DNA of 64,000 nucleotides from Alphaproteobacteria bacterium (GCA_965227515.1 CBDDFZ010000002.1:960001-1024000), one strand, 5' to 3'; shown: positions 1 through 9,544, numbered from the stretch's first letter. Notes: generated by a model not told the origin, from the sequence alone. A program made the numbers and translations.

Positions 1-2
1 AG

Positions 3-710
3 GCGGCGGCCGCCAACACCGTGCGCGCGTTCGTGTTCACCAGCACGACGTCGACGTTCGGCGATGCGCTGGTGCCGCCGCCCGGCGCGCCGGCCGCCTG
101 GATCACCGAGGAGGTGACCCCGGTGGCGAAGAACATCTATGGCGCCACCAAGACCGCGGCGGAAGATCTGTGCCGCCTGTTCCATCGCAACCAGGGCCTC
201 GCCTGCCTGGTGCTGCGCACCTCGCGCTTCTTCCCGGAGCCCGACGATACCGCGGCCGTGCGCGACGCGTTCGACGACACCAACGTGAAAGCGAACGAGT
301 TCCTGTATCGCCGGGTCGATGTCGCCGACATCGTGGATGCGCATCTGCTGGCGCTGGCGCGCGCGCCGGATATCGGCTTCGGGCGCTACATCATCAGCGC
401 GACCACGCCGTTCACGCCGGACGACCTGGCGGGCCTGCGTAGCGACGCGCCTGCCGTGGTGGCGCGGCATGTGCCTGAATATCAGGCAGCCTATCAGCGG
501 CTGGGCTGGCGCATGTTCCCCAGCGTCGACCGGGTCTACGTCAACGCCCGCGCGCGGCAGGACCTCGGCTGGCAGCCGACATACGACTTTCGCGCCGTTG
601 TCCGGCAGGCGGCGGCGGGCGGCCCCATCGGCAGCGACCTCGCCCGCGCCATCGGCATCAAGGGCTATCCGGGCAGCACCTACGGCGAGGGCCTGTTCCC
701 GGAAGCCTAG
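3..710 (+). CDS. NAD-dependent epimerase/dehydratase (extended SDR), 5'-truncated by the window edge
   Basis: FVFTSTTSTFG strand with catalytic Ser/Thr, YxxxK motif (NIYGATK), LGWQPTYDF tail; frame is open to the window start. Confidence 0.85.
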   Translation, partial: AAAANTVRAFVFTSTTSTFGDALVPPPGAPAAWITEEVTPVAKNIYGATKTAAEDLCRLFHRNQGLACLVLRTSRFFPEPDDTAAVRDAFDDTNVKANEFLYRRVDVADIVDAHLLALARAPDIGFGRYIISATTPFTPDDLAGLRSDAPAVVARHVPEYQAAYQRLGWRMFPSVDRVYVNARARQDLGWQPTYDFRAVVRQAAAGGPIGSDLARAIGIKGYPGSTYGEGLFPEA

Positions 711-791
711 GGCGCGCGCCGTTTGGGCACGCAGGTTGCATGTTCGGTTTCGATCGGGTCTGCTGGGGCAATCTGGAAACGGGAGGGTGCG

Positions 792-1175
792 ATGAGCCGA
801 AGCCTGAAGTGGTCGGTCATGCTGCTCACGTTCGCGCTGCCGGCACCTGCGCAGGCGAGTGCGCTGGATGACTGCCTGCAAATCCAGGATGCCGAACGTC
901 GTATCGCCGGCTGCTCCGCGCTGATCGAGGGCGGCCGCTGGACGGATATGTCGCCCGCCGATGCCTATCGCAACCGGGCAGAGGCGTTGCGCAATCTGGG
1001 CGACCTTGACCGCGCGATCCTGGACTTCGAGCGTGCCGAACGCCTGGATCCGTCGATGGCCCGCCTCTACGACCGGCTGGGCGCAATGGCGGCCCTGTCG
1101 GACCGGCTGACCGGCGACCCCTCGGCACAGATGTGCACCTGCGAGGACCCGCCCGCCGCACCGCCGGTGTTCTGA
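792..1175 (+). CDS. Exported TPR-containing protein
   Basis: GGAGG RBS before ATG 792; signal peptide ending AQA; DC...IAGC motif then a TPR (AYRNRAEALRNLGDLDRAILDFERAERLDP). Confidence 0.75.
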   Translation: MSRSLKWSVMLLTFALPAPAQASALDDCLQIQDAERRIAGCSALIEGGRWTDMSPADAYRNRAEALRNLGDLDRAILDFERAERLDPSMARLYDRLGAMAALSDRLTGDPSAQMCTCEDPPAAPPVF

Positions 1176-1176
1176 C

Positions 1177-2391
1177 TCACACCTGCTCCAGTGCCTGGTC
1201 CAGGTCGTAGAGCAGGTCGTCAACATCCTCCAGCCCTACGGAAATGCGTAGCAGGTCGTCGCCGATGCCGCCGCGCGCCCGTTCCTCGGCCGAGTACGAC
1301 GCATGTGTCATGCTCGCCGGGTGCTGGATCAGCGTCTCCGGGTCGCCCAGGCTGACCGCGCAGCCGATCAACTCCAGCGCATCGATGAAGGCGAGGCCGG
1401 CCGCCTTGCCGCCGGTGAGCGTGATCGAGACGATGCCGCCGCCACCGGACATCTGTTTCTCGGCCAGTTCGCGTTCGGGGAAGCTCTCCAGCAGCGGGTA
1501 GGCGACCGTCGCGACCTTCGGGTGTGCTTCCAGGAAGCGCGCCACCTCCAGCGCCGAGGCGGCGTGCTGGCGCATCCGCAGGTCCAGCGTCTTCAGGCCG
1601 CGCTGCACCAGAAACGCGGTGTGCGGTGCGATGGTGGCACCGGTCGCCCAGCGCAGGCCAAAGCCGCGGATCGCGTTCACGTGTTCCGTCGACCCGACGA
1701 CGATGCCGGCCAGCAGGTCGCCATGCCCGCCGAGGTATTTGGTCGCCGAGTGCACCACGATGTCGGCGCCATGGGCGAGCGGCTGCTGCAGGGCAGGGGA
1801 GGCGAAGGTGTTGTCGACCACCAGCAGCGCGCCCGCGCCATGCGCAATGCCGGACATGGCAGCCAGGTCGATGATGCGCAGATTGGGGTTGGACGGCGTC
1901 TCGCAATAGAGCAGGCGCGCGCCGCCTGCTGCGACAGCCTGCTCCACTGCCGCCACATCGGTCATGTCCACCCAGGCGACCTCGACCCCGAACTTGGCAA
2001 GCCCGTGGTTGAAGTAGGCGAAGCTGGAGCCGTAGATCGCGTGGTCGACCACGATGCGGTCGCCCGCCTTCAGCAGCGTCCACATGGTGGCGGAGATCGC
2101 GCCGATGCCGGACGCCGTGGCCAGCCCGGCCTCCGCGCCCTCCAGGCTCGCCATGCGTTCTTCCAGAATGGCCTGGGTCGGGTTCTTGGCGCGGCCATAA
2201 ATGTAGCCGGCGCGCTTGCCGGCAAACAGTTCGCCGCCGGCGGCCGCGTCCTCGAACAGGAAGGTCGACGTCATGTAGACCGGCGGGCTGAGCGCACCGT
2301 GCGCCTGGTGCGGGTCGTAGCCCAGATGGATGGCGCGAGTGGCGGGACCCATGTCCTGGAGCGTGCGGCTGTTCTTGCGATCGTGTGCCAT
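1177..2391 (-). CDS. Methionine gamma-lyase / Cys-Met metabolism PLP enzyme
   Basis: PPVYMTSTF, YGRAKNPT, ETPSNP, VDNTF, HSATKYLGGHGD (PLP lysine), AVSLGDPETLIQHPASMTH; start chosen at ATG 2391. Confidence 0.85.
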   Translation of the reverse strand: MAHDRKNSRTLQDMGPATRAIHLGYDPHQAHGALSPPVYMTSTFLFEDAAAGGELFAGKRAGYIYGRAKNPTQAILEERMASLEGAEAGLATASGIGAISATMWTLLKAGDRIVVDHAIYGSSFAYFNHGLAKFGVEVAWVDMTDVAAVEQAVAAGGARLLYCETPSNPNLRIIDLAAMSGIAHGAGALLVVDNTFASPALQQPLAHGADIVVHSATKYLGGHGDLLAGIVVGSTEHVNAIRGFGLRWATGATIAPHTAFLVQRGLKTLDLRMRQHAASALEVARFLEAHPKVATVAYPLLESFPERELAEKQMSGGGGIVSITLTGGKAAGLAFIDALELIGCAVSLGDPETLIQHPASMTHASYSAEERARGGIGDDLLRISVGLEDVDDLLYDLDQALEQV

Positions 2392-2590
2392 GGCCTGTCG
2401 AGTGCGGTTGCGCAAAGGGCGGCACAATGGCCCGGATCGCCGCCAATTCAAAGCGTGTGGTCAGGGCGCCGGATCAAAGCCGGGATCAAGGCCCAGATCA
2501 AAGCATTGTGCGCGCCCCGTGCGCGCCGCCGGCTACCGCGTGCTGGGGCGATGGGATACGCTGCCCCAGTCTGCCGAGTGGATACCGCCC

Positions 2591-3082
2591 ATGCCCGCCA
2601 AATACACCTCCAGCCACCACGACTATGGGCACGGCTTCAAGCTGTTCTGCCTGGCGTTCCTGCGGGTCGCCACCGGCTTCCTGCTGGTCTGGATCGGGCT
2701 GAACCGTATCGTGACCGGCAGCGTGCCGGGGCTGGTGCGCGCCAATGTGGACCTGGAGGGTGCCTCGGCCGACTGGCTCGGCATCGCCATCGGCGCCGGA
2801 CAGCTATTGGTCGGGCTGTGCTGCGCGGTCGGCCTGTTGCGGGTGATCGTGCTGCCGATCCAGGCCCTGATGCACGGCTATACCGTGCTGCACGTGTGGT
2901 GGGCGGTGCTGGACCCCTATCGCTGGTACATCGAGGACGTGGACCGGATCGTGTTCAATTCCCACGTCTTCTATCCGGTCATCATCACGTTCGCGGCGTG
3001 CGTGCTGCTATTCGCATTCCGGCGCGAGGACCGCTGGGCGCTCGACACGCTGATTTTCCGCAAGCGGGCGGTCACCACCTGA
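2591..3082 (+). CDS. DoxX-like membrane protein
   Basis: FLRVATGFLLVWIG first helix and four hydrophobic segments. Confidence 0.6.
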   Translation: MPAKYTSSHHDYGHGFKLFCLAFLRVATGFLLVWIGLNRIVTGSVPGLVRANVDLEGASADWLGIAIGAGQLLVGLCCAVGLLRVIVLPIQALMHGYTVLHVWWAVLDPYRWYIEDVDRIVFNSHVFYPVIITFAACVLLFAFRREDRWALDTLIFRKRAVTT

Positions 3083-3204
3083 TCGCCGCCGCACCCAGTC
3101 CGGCAGCACCACGGCTGGCGCGCGAGAGTTAATTTGCTAGTCTGTCCAGGGGCGCAGTGCCGTCCTTCACCTCAGCGCCGACAGATCCAGCGAAAGCCCG
3201 ACCC

Positions 3205-4236
3205 ATGACCGATCCCACGACCATCGATTACGAGATCTTCGAGTGCGGCGACATCCAGTTGCAGCGCGGTGCCACGTTGCGCGAGGCAAAGCTCGCCTAC
3301 CAGACCTATGGCACGCTCAATGCCGCCAAGGACAATGCCATCGTCTACCCCACCTGGTACTCGGGCCAGCACTACGACAACGAATGGCTGATCGGCGAGG
3401 GCAAGGCGCTGGACCCGAACAAGTACTTCATCATCATCCCCGACATGTTCGGCAACGGCCTGTCGTCGTCGCCCTCGAACACGCCGGAGCCCTATAACGC
3501 GGCCCGGTTCCCGAATTTCACCCCGTACGACAATGTGCGCCAGCAGCACCGCCTGGTGACCGAGCATTTCGGTATCGAGCACCTGAGGATGGTGCTGGGC
3601 TGGTCGATGGGCGCGTTGCAGACGTTCCACTGGGCGGCGATGTACCCCGGCATGATGGACACGATCGCGCCGTTCTGCGGCTCGGCCAAGTGCTCGCGGC
3701 ACAACTTCGTCTTCCTGGAGGGCGTGAAGGCCGCGCTGACCGCCGATGCCGCCTGGAACAACGGCTGGTACACCACCAAGCCGGAAAAGGGCTTGCGCGC
3801 GATGGCGCGGGTTTATGCCGGGTGGGGCTTCAGCCAGGCGTTCTATCGCGAGGAGCTGGACCTGAAAGACCTCGGCTACTCGTCCCTGGAAGACTTCCTG
3901 GTCGCGTTCTGGGAGGGCTTCTTCCTGCCCAAGGACGCCAACAACCTGCTGGCCATGCTGTGGACCTGGCAGAACGGCGACATCAGCGACAACGAGCTCT
4001 ACAACGGCGACTACAAGAAGGCGCTTGGCGCCATCACCGCCAAGGCCTATGTGATGCCCGGCTGGACCGACCTCTATTTCCCGCCCGAAGACAGCGAGAA
4101 CGAGGTCGCCAACATGCCGAACGCGGAGCTGGTGCCGTTCAAGTCGATCTGGGGCCACTTCGCCGGCGGACCGGGCGTGAACCCGGCGGACGTGACCTTC
4201 CTCGACGACAAGCTGAAGGAGCTGCTGGCCGGGTAG
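3205..4236 (+). CDS. Alpha/beta hydrolase, homoserine O-acetyltransferase (MetX)-like family
   Basis: LAYQTYGTLNAAKDNA, FGNGLSSSPSN, nucleophile motif GWSMG, DLYFPPED acid, SIWGHFAG His. Confidence 0.85.
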   Translation: MTDPTTIDYEIFECGDIQLQRGATLREAKLAYQTYGTLNAAKDNAIVYPTWYSGQHYDNEWLIGEGKALDPNKYFIIIPDMFGNGLSSSPSNTPEPYNAARFPNFTPYDNVRQQHRLVTEHFGIEHLRMVLGWSMGALQTFHWAAMYPGMMDTIAPFCGSAKCSRHNFVFLEGVKAALTADAAWNNGWYTTKPEKGLRAMARVYAGWGFSQAFYREELDLKDLGYSSLEDFLVAFWEGFFLPKDANNLLAMLWTWQNGDISDNELYNGDYKKALGAITAKAYVMPGWTDLYFPPEDSENEVANMPNAELVPFKSIWGHFAGGPGVNPADVTFLDDKLKELLAG

Positions 4237-4264
4237 TCGGCGAGCAATGACCCAGGGAGGACCC

Positions 4265-5056
4265 ATGCAACTGACGGACGACCAACTGGCCACCTTCGAC
4301 CGCGAAGGGTGGCTGCTTCTGGACCGTATGTTCGACCCGCAAGAGGTCGGCGTGCTGCGCCGCGAGGCCGAGCGGGTGTTCGCGCTGGATCGCGAAGAGG
4401 TGTTCCGCGAGAAGGACGGCAAGACCGCGCGTACCGCCTTCGCCGCCCACCACTATTCCGAGCCGTTTCGGCGGCTTGGCCTGCACCCGAGGATGGTGGA
4501 GCCGGTGCGCCAGCTCTTGGGCGGCGACGTCTACATCCACCAGTACAAGGTCAACGCCAAGGCGGCGTTCGATGGCGACGTCTGGCAGTGGCACCAGGAC
4601 TATGGCACCTGGGCGCGCGACGACCAGATGCCGGAAGCGCGGGCCATGAACATCGCGCTGTTCCTGGACGAGGTCACTCAGTTCAACGGGCCGCTCTACC
4701 TGATCCCACGCTCCCACAAATCAGGCGTGATCGAGGCTGGCCACGACCTCACCACGACCAGCTATCCGCTGTGGACGCTGGACAATGAAACGGTGGCCAG
4801 GCTGGTGGACGAGGGCGGCATGGTGGCGCCGACCGGCGCACCGGGCTCGGTGCTGATGTTCCACTCGACCCTGGTGCACGGCAGCCCCAGCAATATGTCG
4901 CCGTTCGCACGCACCATCGTCTATGTCAGCCTGTGCCACGTCGAGAACCACATCAGGCAGTTCAAGCGGCCGGAGTGGATCGCGCACCGCGACTTCACGC
5001 CGATCCAGACGCTGGACGACGATTGCCTGCGCGCGCTGGCGGCAGAAGCGGCTTAG
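4265..5056 (+). CDS. PhyH-family Fe(II)/2-oxoglutarate dioxygenase (ectoine/proline hydroxylase-like)
   Basis: GGGAGG RBS; WQWHQDYGTW (HxD), LVHGSPSN distal His, downstream Arg for 2OG binding. Confidence 0.85.
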   Translation: MQLTDDQLATFDREGWLLLDRMFDPQEVGVLRREAERVFALDREEVFREKDGKTARTAFAAHHYSEPFRRLGLHPRMVEPVRQLLGGDVYIHQYKVNAKAAFDGDVWQWHQDYGTWARDDQMPEARAMNIALFLDEVTQFNGPLYLIPRSHKSGVIEAGHDLTTTSYPLWTLDNETVARLVDEGGMVAPTGAPGSVLMFHSTLVHGSPSNMSPFARTIVYVSLCHVENHIRQFKRPEWIAHRDFTPIQTLDDDCLRALAAEAA

Positions 5057-5067
5057 GGTCTGGCGGC

Positions 5068-5595
5068 CTACTCGTCGAACGCCAGGTACTGGCAGGCCTC
5101 GACCGTCACCGGATACAGCAGGAACAGGCGGTCGTCGGGCTCCGCCCTGAGATAGATGGAGTCCTCGAACTCGCCATCGCCCTCATAGCCGCAGCCGCCG
5201 TAGAGCGTGACGCCATGGTTGGTCAGCCGCACGGCGCCATCGTCCCTGAACTCGATGTAGAAGCTGCCGCTGTCGCAGTCGATGCCGCAGCTATACATCT
5301 CGTCGCGCCAGCGGCAGCTCGCGGTGTTGCCGAACCGATGCAGCGTGTCGTCGCGCAGCATTATGCGGAAGGTGGCATAGATCATGTCGTATTGGGTGTC
5401 GTGCTCCAGCGCCAACTGGATCTCGCTGACCGTCTGCTCCGGGTGTTGCTCGAAATAGGCCGCCGTGTAGGCGCGCTGGAAGCAGAGCTCGCCGTTCTCC
5501 GGCAACGGCCCGTCCGCCGCCATGGCTGTCGCTGCAACCCCAAATCCCAGCGTGGAGAGCAGACCCGCCCGTAGGTGACTGGCGCATCGCATCAT
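5068..5595 (-). CDS. Exported Cys-rich hypothetical protein (paralog of 5633-6166)
   Basis: Signal peptide; LCFQRAYT..HPEQTV, YSCGIDCDSG, LTNHG..LYGGCG; AGAGG RBS. Confidence 0.7.
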   Translation of the reverse strand: MMRCASHLRAGLLSTLGFGVAATAMAADGPLPENGELCFQRAYTAAYFEQHPEQTVSEIQLALEHDTQYDMIYATFRIMLRDDTLHRFGNTASCRWRDEMYSCGIDCDSGSFYIEFRDDGAVRLTNHGVTLYGGCGYEGDGEFEDSIYLRAEPDDRLFLLYPVTVEACQYLAFDE

Positions 5596-5632
5596 CGCAT
5601 AGCCTCTCTGGTGCATGGCATCCGACCTCGGG

Positions 5633-6166
5633 TTACTCGCCCAGCGTCGGCAGAGGACAGGCCTCCATCGTCATCCCATAGAGGCGGAACTGCCGGTCGT
5701 CCGGTTCGGGGTTCAGGCGATAGGTGCCCAAATCCTCGACATCCCCCTCGCCGTGTCCCACTTCGGCCCCGCAACCGCCGTGCAGAATAAAGCCATGGTT
5801 GGTCAGCAGGGCGGTACCGTCGTCGCTGAGCGCGATATCGAAGCGGCCGCCGTCGCATTCGATGCCGCAGGCATAGTGCCCGTCCTCGAACTGGCAGATG
5901 CCCAGATTGCCGTAGACGTGGGTGTAGTCGCCCTCCAGCATCGCGCGCACCCAGGCATAGGCCACGGGCTGGCCCGCCTGCTGCGACAGCACCACCTGCA
6001 TCTCGCGCACCTGCTGGTCCGGATGCGCGTCCATGTGGGCGCCGGTGTAGGCGCGTTGGAAGCACAGCGCCTCGCCATCGGCCAGCGGTTCCATCGCCTG
6101 CGCCGCCGTCGCCGTGACGGCGCACAGCGCGATGCCGCCAAGCGCTGTCTTGATGTGTCTGACCAT
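5633..6166 (-). CDS. Exported Cys-rich hypothetical protein (paralog of 5068-5595)
   Basis: Signal peptide ending AQA; LCFQRAYT..HPDQQV, YACGIECDGG, LTNHG..LHGGCG. Confidence 0.7.
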   Translation of the reverse strand: MVRHIKTALGGIALCAVTATAAQAMEPLADGEALCFQRAYTGAHMDAHPDQQVREMQVVLSQQAGQPVAYAWVRAMLEGDYTHVYGNLGICQFEDGHYACGIECDGGRFDIALSDDGTALLTNHGFILHGGCGAEVGHGEGDVEDLGTYRLNPEPDDRQFRLYGMTMEACPLPTLGE

Positions 6167-6195
6167 CCCCAACCCTTCCGGAAAACCACCTACCG

Positions 6196-6486
6196 TCAGT
6201 CGGCAGCTTGGTCCATGAATGTGGCCAAATCGACGTCGAGTTGTGTCAGGCCGCCGGCATCGTGGGTGGACAGTGTGACCTCGACCCGATTGTAGACGTT
6301 GAACCATTCGGGATGGTGGTTCATCTCCTCCGCCTTCTCGGCGACGCGGGTCATGAACGCGAAGGCGCGGTCGAAGTTCTTGAACCGGAACGTGCGCGTG
6401 ATCGCGTCCCGGTCGGCCACCTCTTCCCAGTCGGTCAGGTCGGACAGGGCGTGGGCCCGTGCTTCACCAGTCAATTTCTCGGCCAT
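6196..6486 (-). CDS. phhB: Pterin-4-alpha-carbinolamine dehydratase
   Basis: [30 protein letters not shown] signature, 96 aa. Confidence 0.95.
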   Translation of the reverse strand: MAEKLTGEARAHALSDLTDWEEVADRDAITRTFRFKNFDRAFAFMTRVAEKAEEMNHHPEWFNVYNRVEVTLSTHDAGGLTQLDVDLATFMDQAAD

Positions 6487-6579
6487 GCGGTTTCCCTCAG
6501 TTGCGGCTTTGGCACGATGATGATGTCAGGGGACGCAGCACCCGTCACCGGTCACGTTCGGGCGGACAAGTTCGGGCGG

Positions 6580-7800
6580 TCATGTCGCGGCGGTGTCGGT
6601 GCGGCGGGTTTCGGCGATGTAGTCGGCGCTTTGCATCTCGTTGAGGCGGCTGGACGTGCGCTTGAACTCGAATGCAAGCACCTTGCCACGATAGAGGTCG
6701 TAGGGCGGGGCATCGGCCGCCATCACCAGGTTGACGCGATACTCGTACAGGGTGTCGACCAGCGTCATGAACCGCTTGGTCTCGTCGTGGCGGTCGCTCG
6801 GCAGGCGCGGCACGCCGTCGACGATCACGGTGTGGAACGCTTCGCACACCGCGATGAAATCGGCGGTGCCGCGCGGCTCACGGCACAGGGTCGCATAGTC
6901 GAACCAGCCGACGCCCTTGGCCTGGCGCACGGTGGGCAGGGCGCGGCCGCCGACCTCCAGTTTACCACCGTTGGCTTCAGCCCTGGCCGCATCGGCCTCA
7001 TCGGTCAGGTCTGCGAACGTCTTGGCCAGCGCGGCGCTGGCGGCCGGGCCCAGCGGCGTGTGGTAGACCTTGGTGCCGATCAGGCGGGCGAGGCGGTAGT
7101 CCTTCGCGGCCTCGAGCTCCACCACGTCCAGGCGCTCCACCACCAGATCGATGAACGGCGTGAACTGCTCGCGCTGCAGCCCGTGCATGTAGAGGTCGTG
7201 CGGCGGCCAGTTGGACGTCGCCACCATGACCAGGCCATTGTTCAAGAGCGCGGTGAACAGGCGGGCCAGGATCATCGCGTCGGCGATGTCGGTGACATGG
7301 AACTCATCGAAGCACAGCAGCATGGTCTGGCCGGCGATGCGCTCGGCCAGCGGCGGGATCGGGTCGTCGGCGCGCCGGTTCTCGGCCTTGGCGGCCTGCC
7401 GCCAGGCGTGGATCGAGCGGTGCACCTCCAGCATGAAGGCGTGGAAGTGGACGCGCCGCTTTTTCTCCACCGGCGCGGTCTCGAAGAACAGGTCCATCAG
7501 CATCGACTTGCCGCGCCCGACGTCGCCCCAGATGTACAAGCCCCGCGGCGCATCGGCAGCCGGGGCGGGGTCGGGCGCGCCGCCGAACAGCCGGCTCAGA
7601 AATCCGCGCGGCTCCTCCCGTTCCGCCCCCAGGTTGCTGGCCAGAGCGTCGTGCAGCGATTGCAGCCGGTCGACGGCGGCGGCCTGTGCCGGATCGGGCG
7701 ACAGGGCCTCGGCGGCGATCAGCGCGTCGTAGCGCGGCCGGGGGCCATCCAGCGTGGAAGTGCGCGCGTCCATCAAGGGGAGGTTCGGTACCGCATTCAT
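6580..7800 (-). CDS. zapE: AFG1/ZapE family ATPase
   Basis: [19 protein letters not shown] Walker [41 protein letters not shown]. Confidence 0.92.
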   Translation of the reverse strand: MNAVPNLPLMDARTSTLDGPRPRYDALIAAEALSPDPAQAAAVDRLQSLHDALASNLGAEREEPRGFLSRLFGGAPDPAPAADAPRGLYIWGDVGRGKSMLMDLFFETAPVEKKRRVHFHAFMLEVHRSIHAWRQAAKAENRRADDPIPPLAERIAGQTMLLCFDEFHVTDIADAMILARLFTALLNNGLVMVATSNWPPHDLYMHGLQREQFTPFIDLVVERLDVVELEAAKDYRLARLIGTKVYHTPLGPAASAALAKTFADLTDEADAARAEANGGKLEVGGRALPTVRQAKGVGWFDYATLCREPRGTADFIAVCEAFHTVIVDGVPRLPSDRHDETKRFMTLVDTLYEYRVNLVMAADAPPYDLYRGKVLAFEFKRTSSRLNEMQSADYIAETRRTDTAAT

Positions 7801-7824
7801 GGGAAGTGTCTTGCCAGCGCGACA

Positions 7825-7993
7825 CTAGTGGAACGAATTTGACATTTGAATCCCCTCAGCGGCGAGACCGAGATCAAATGTCAAATTCAAGAGTTCCACT
7901 AGATAACGAGATGTAGCTAGTGGTTCGGATGACTCCAACGTTTGCTCACGGCGTGCTTGCATCGGGATGCAAACGTTGGAGTCGAACCACTAG
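7825..7993. repeat. Double-hairpin palindromic element, each hairpin bounded by CTAG
   Basis: CTAGTGGAAC-GAATTTGACATTTGA...TCAAATGTCAAATTC-GTTCCACTAG (7825-7902) then CTAGTGGTTC-GACTCCAACGTTTGC...GCAAACGTTGGAGTC-GAACCACTAG (7917-7993). Confidence 0.85.
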
Positions 7994-8067
7994 GAAACCG
8001 TTGACGGATCGTGCAAGGGGCGCGGTAGCATGACGGCACGACAACGCGAAATTGGGGACCTGGAAGG

Positions 8068-8763
8068 ATGCGCGGAAATCTTCTTGTCGGCGTGGCAACC
8101 GTGTTGGGACTGAGCCTGCTGGCGACAAATGTGCTGGCGCAGGCGCACCAGCGGCTTGCCCACTCGCAGCGGATTCAGGCCGCCCAGAGCGCGCTCAACG
8201 TGCTGGGGTACGACGCCGGGCCGGCTGACGGTTTCGCTGGGCCGCTGACCCGCGATGCCATCGTCGCATATCGCACCGACAATGGGCTGGGCGGCGACAA
8301 CGAGGTCAACAATGAGCTGCTGCAGTCGCTGATGGATGCCGTCACGCCCGTTATCGAAGAGCGGTTGGGCATGTCGCTCGAGGCCTATTGGGATATCGAT
8401 CTGAGCGGCTTGTCCGAGCCCGAGATGCAGGACCTGGCTGACCTTTATGGCGTGCCGCCGTTCGAGATGTGCGGCGAGACCTCGCCGTTCCGCTTCTACA
8501 TCGAGGGCAATGTCATGCGCGATGTGCGCTACGGCTTTCCCTTCGTGCTGGAGATCGAAGACGACGCCATTCTGCCGCTGGCAGTGCCTGGCGGCGAGGT
8601 GGAGGGTGAGTTCACCCGCTACGAGGTCGTGGACGCCGACACCCTGCGCCGGGCGATCGAAGGCACGGTCGAGTTGTGGCGCCGCTGCCCCGGACAGGAT
8701 ATCCCCGAAACTTCGGGCGAACCGGAGCAGGATGAGCCAAAAGACGATGGGGATGATGGGTAG
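8068..8763 (+). CDS. Exported protein with a peptidoglycan-binding (PG_binding_1-like) domain
   Basis: Signal peptide; AQSALNVLGYDAGPADGFAGPLTRDAIVAYRTDNGL; acidic C-terminal domain of unknown type. Confidence 0.8.
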   Translation: MRGNLLVGVATVLGLSLLATNVLAQAHQRLAHSQRIQAAQSALNVLGYDAGPADGFAGPLTRDAIVAYRTDNGLGGDNEVNNELLQSLMDAVTPVIEERLGMSLEAYWDIDLSGLSEPEMQDLADLYGVPPFEMCGETSPFRFYIEGNVMRDVRYGFPFVLEIEDDAILPLAVPGGEVEGEFTRYEVVDADTLRRAIEGTVELWRRCPGQDIPETSGEPEQDEPKDDGDDG

Positions 8764-8788
8764 GACATACGACCCGCCACACAGATCT

Positions 8789-8961
8789 GTCATCCTCGGG
8801 CTTGTCCCGAGGATCCATTTTTGTCCGATACGCCAATAGGTTATGCGCATTCACTCGGTGATGGGGCATTGTCTTGAATGACGTTGCATCGATAGCGAGC
8901 ATGTACTGGACGTAGTGAGCCTTGCATTCGCATGGGCCCTCGGCACAAGGCCGAGGGCGAC
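8789..8961. repeat. REP doublet, GTCATCCTCGGGCTTG family
   Basis: GTCATCCTCGGGCTTGTCCCGAGGATCCAT (8789-8818) and inverted degenerate partner ATGGGCCCTCGGCACAAGGCCGAGGGCGAC (8932-8961). Confidence 0.8.
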
Positions 8962-9005
8962 AAATCTTTCTTTTGCTGGGGCTGAGCAATTCGGCGCACC
9001 AAAAG

Positions 9006-9035
9006 AGCCCTCCCCCGCGTGCGTGGGGGAGGGCT
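9006..9035. repeat. REP-like hairpin, CCCTCCCCC...GGGGGAGGG family
   Basis: AGCCCTCCCCC-GCGTGCGT-GGGGGAGGGCT. Confidence 0.7.
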
Positions 9036-9100
9036 TATGACCGGGCGATTGCGGCGTTGGTCGCCCGGTCATATCTGTGATGCGCTGTCGCTTCTCATTC

Positions 9101-9188
9101 AAGTCTGCGCCAGCCCTCTCCCCCACCCGGCCGCCCACGAAAGTATCCTGCTGGGTGGCCGGGTGGGGGAGAGGGCCGGTGCCGACTT
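9101..9188. repeat. Long palindromic element (copy 1; related copy at 57374-57492)
   Basis: GCCCTCTCCCCCACCCGGCCGCCCA-loop-TGGGTGGCCGGGTGGGGGAGAGGGC, stem about 35 bp including flanks. Confidence 0.85.
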
Positions 9189-9202
9189 CAGCGCAAGCTG
9201 AT

Positions 9203-9544
9203 CTACTCAATCACCAGCGTGTCGTTGGCGCAGAAGTCGAAGCCGTAGCCGTCGAGCTCGGAGCCGTCGGCCCAGACAACCAGCACGTCGTAGATGCAGT
9301 GGTCGCCGTTGGAGGTCAGCTCGAAGACGCCGCCGGCCGGCAGGATGTCGTTGCCCAGCACGTCGTCGCCCCAGGTGTCGGCGTAGTCCGGCGAGATGTA
9401 GACATAGTGGATGTCGATGCCGCTCGCGTTCTCCAGGGCCAGATTCGAAGCGGCCTGGGCGGCGGTGGCGGCGGCGAGCACGCCGGCGGCGGCGATGGTG
9501 CCAATGACAGTGCGGGTGGCGGTGTTGCGGATGGTCTTGAACAT
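9203..9544 (-). CDS. Small exported hypothetical protein
   Basis: GGGAG RBS; signal peptide ending AQA; NASGIDIHYVYISP..WGDDVLG..ILPAG..CIYD motif, two Cys. Confidence 0.75.
   Translation of the reverse strand: MFKTIRNTATRTVIGTIAAAGVLAAATAAQAASNLALENASGIDIHYVYISPDYADTWGDDVLGNDILPAGGVFELTSNGDHCIYDVLVVWADGSELDGYGFDFCANDTLVIE

Noticed and set aside
4265-5056. Ectoine hydroxylase ectD
   Set aside because: WQWHQDYGTW deviates from the EctD FxWHSDFETWH signature and no ect genes are adjacent
8612-9210. Short ORFs in the 8.8-9.2 kb, 19.1-19.4 kb and 57.3-57.5 kb spacers (e.g. the shared GPLPHPATQQDT peptide)
   Set aside because: The similarity comes from the shared palindromic DNA repeat, not from a protein family
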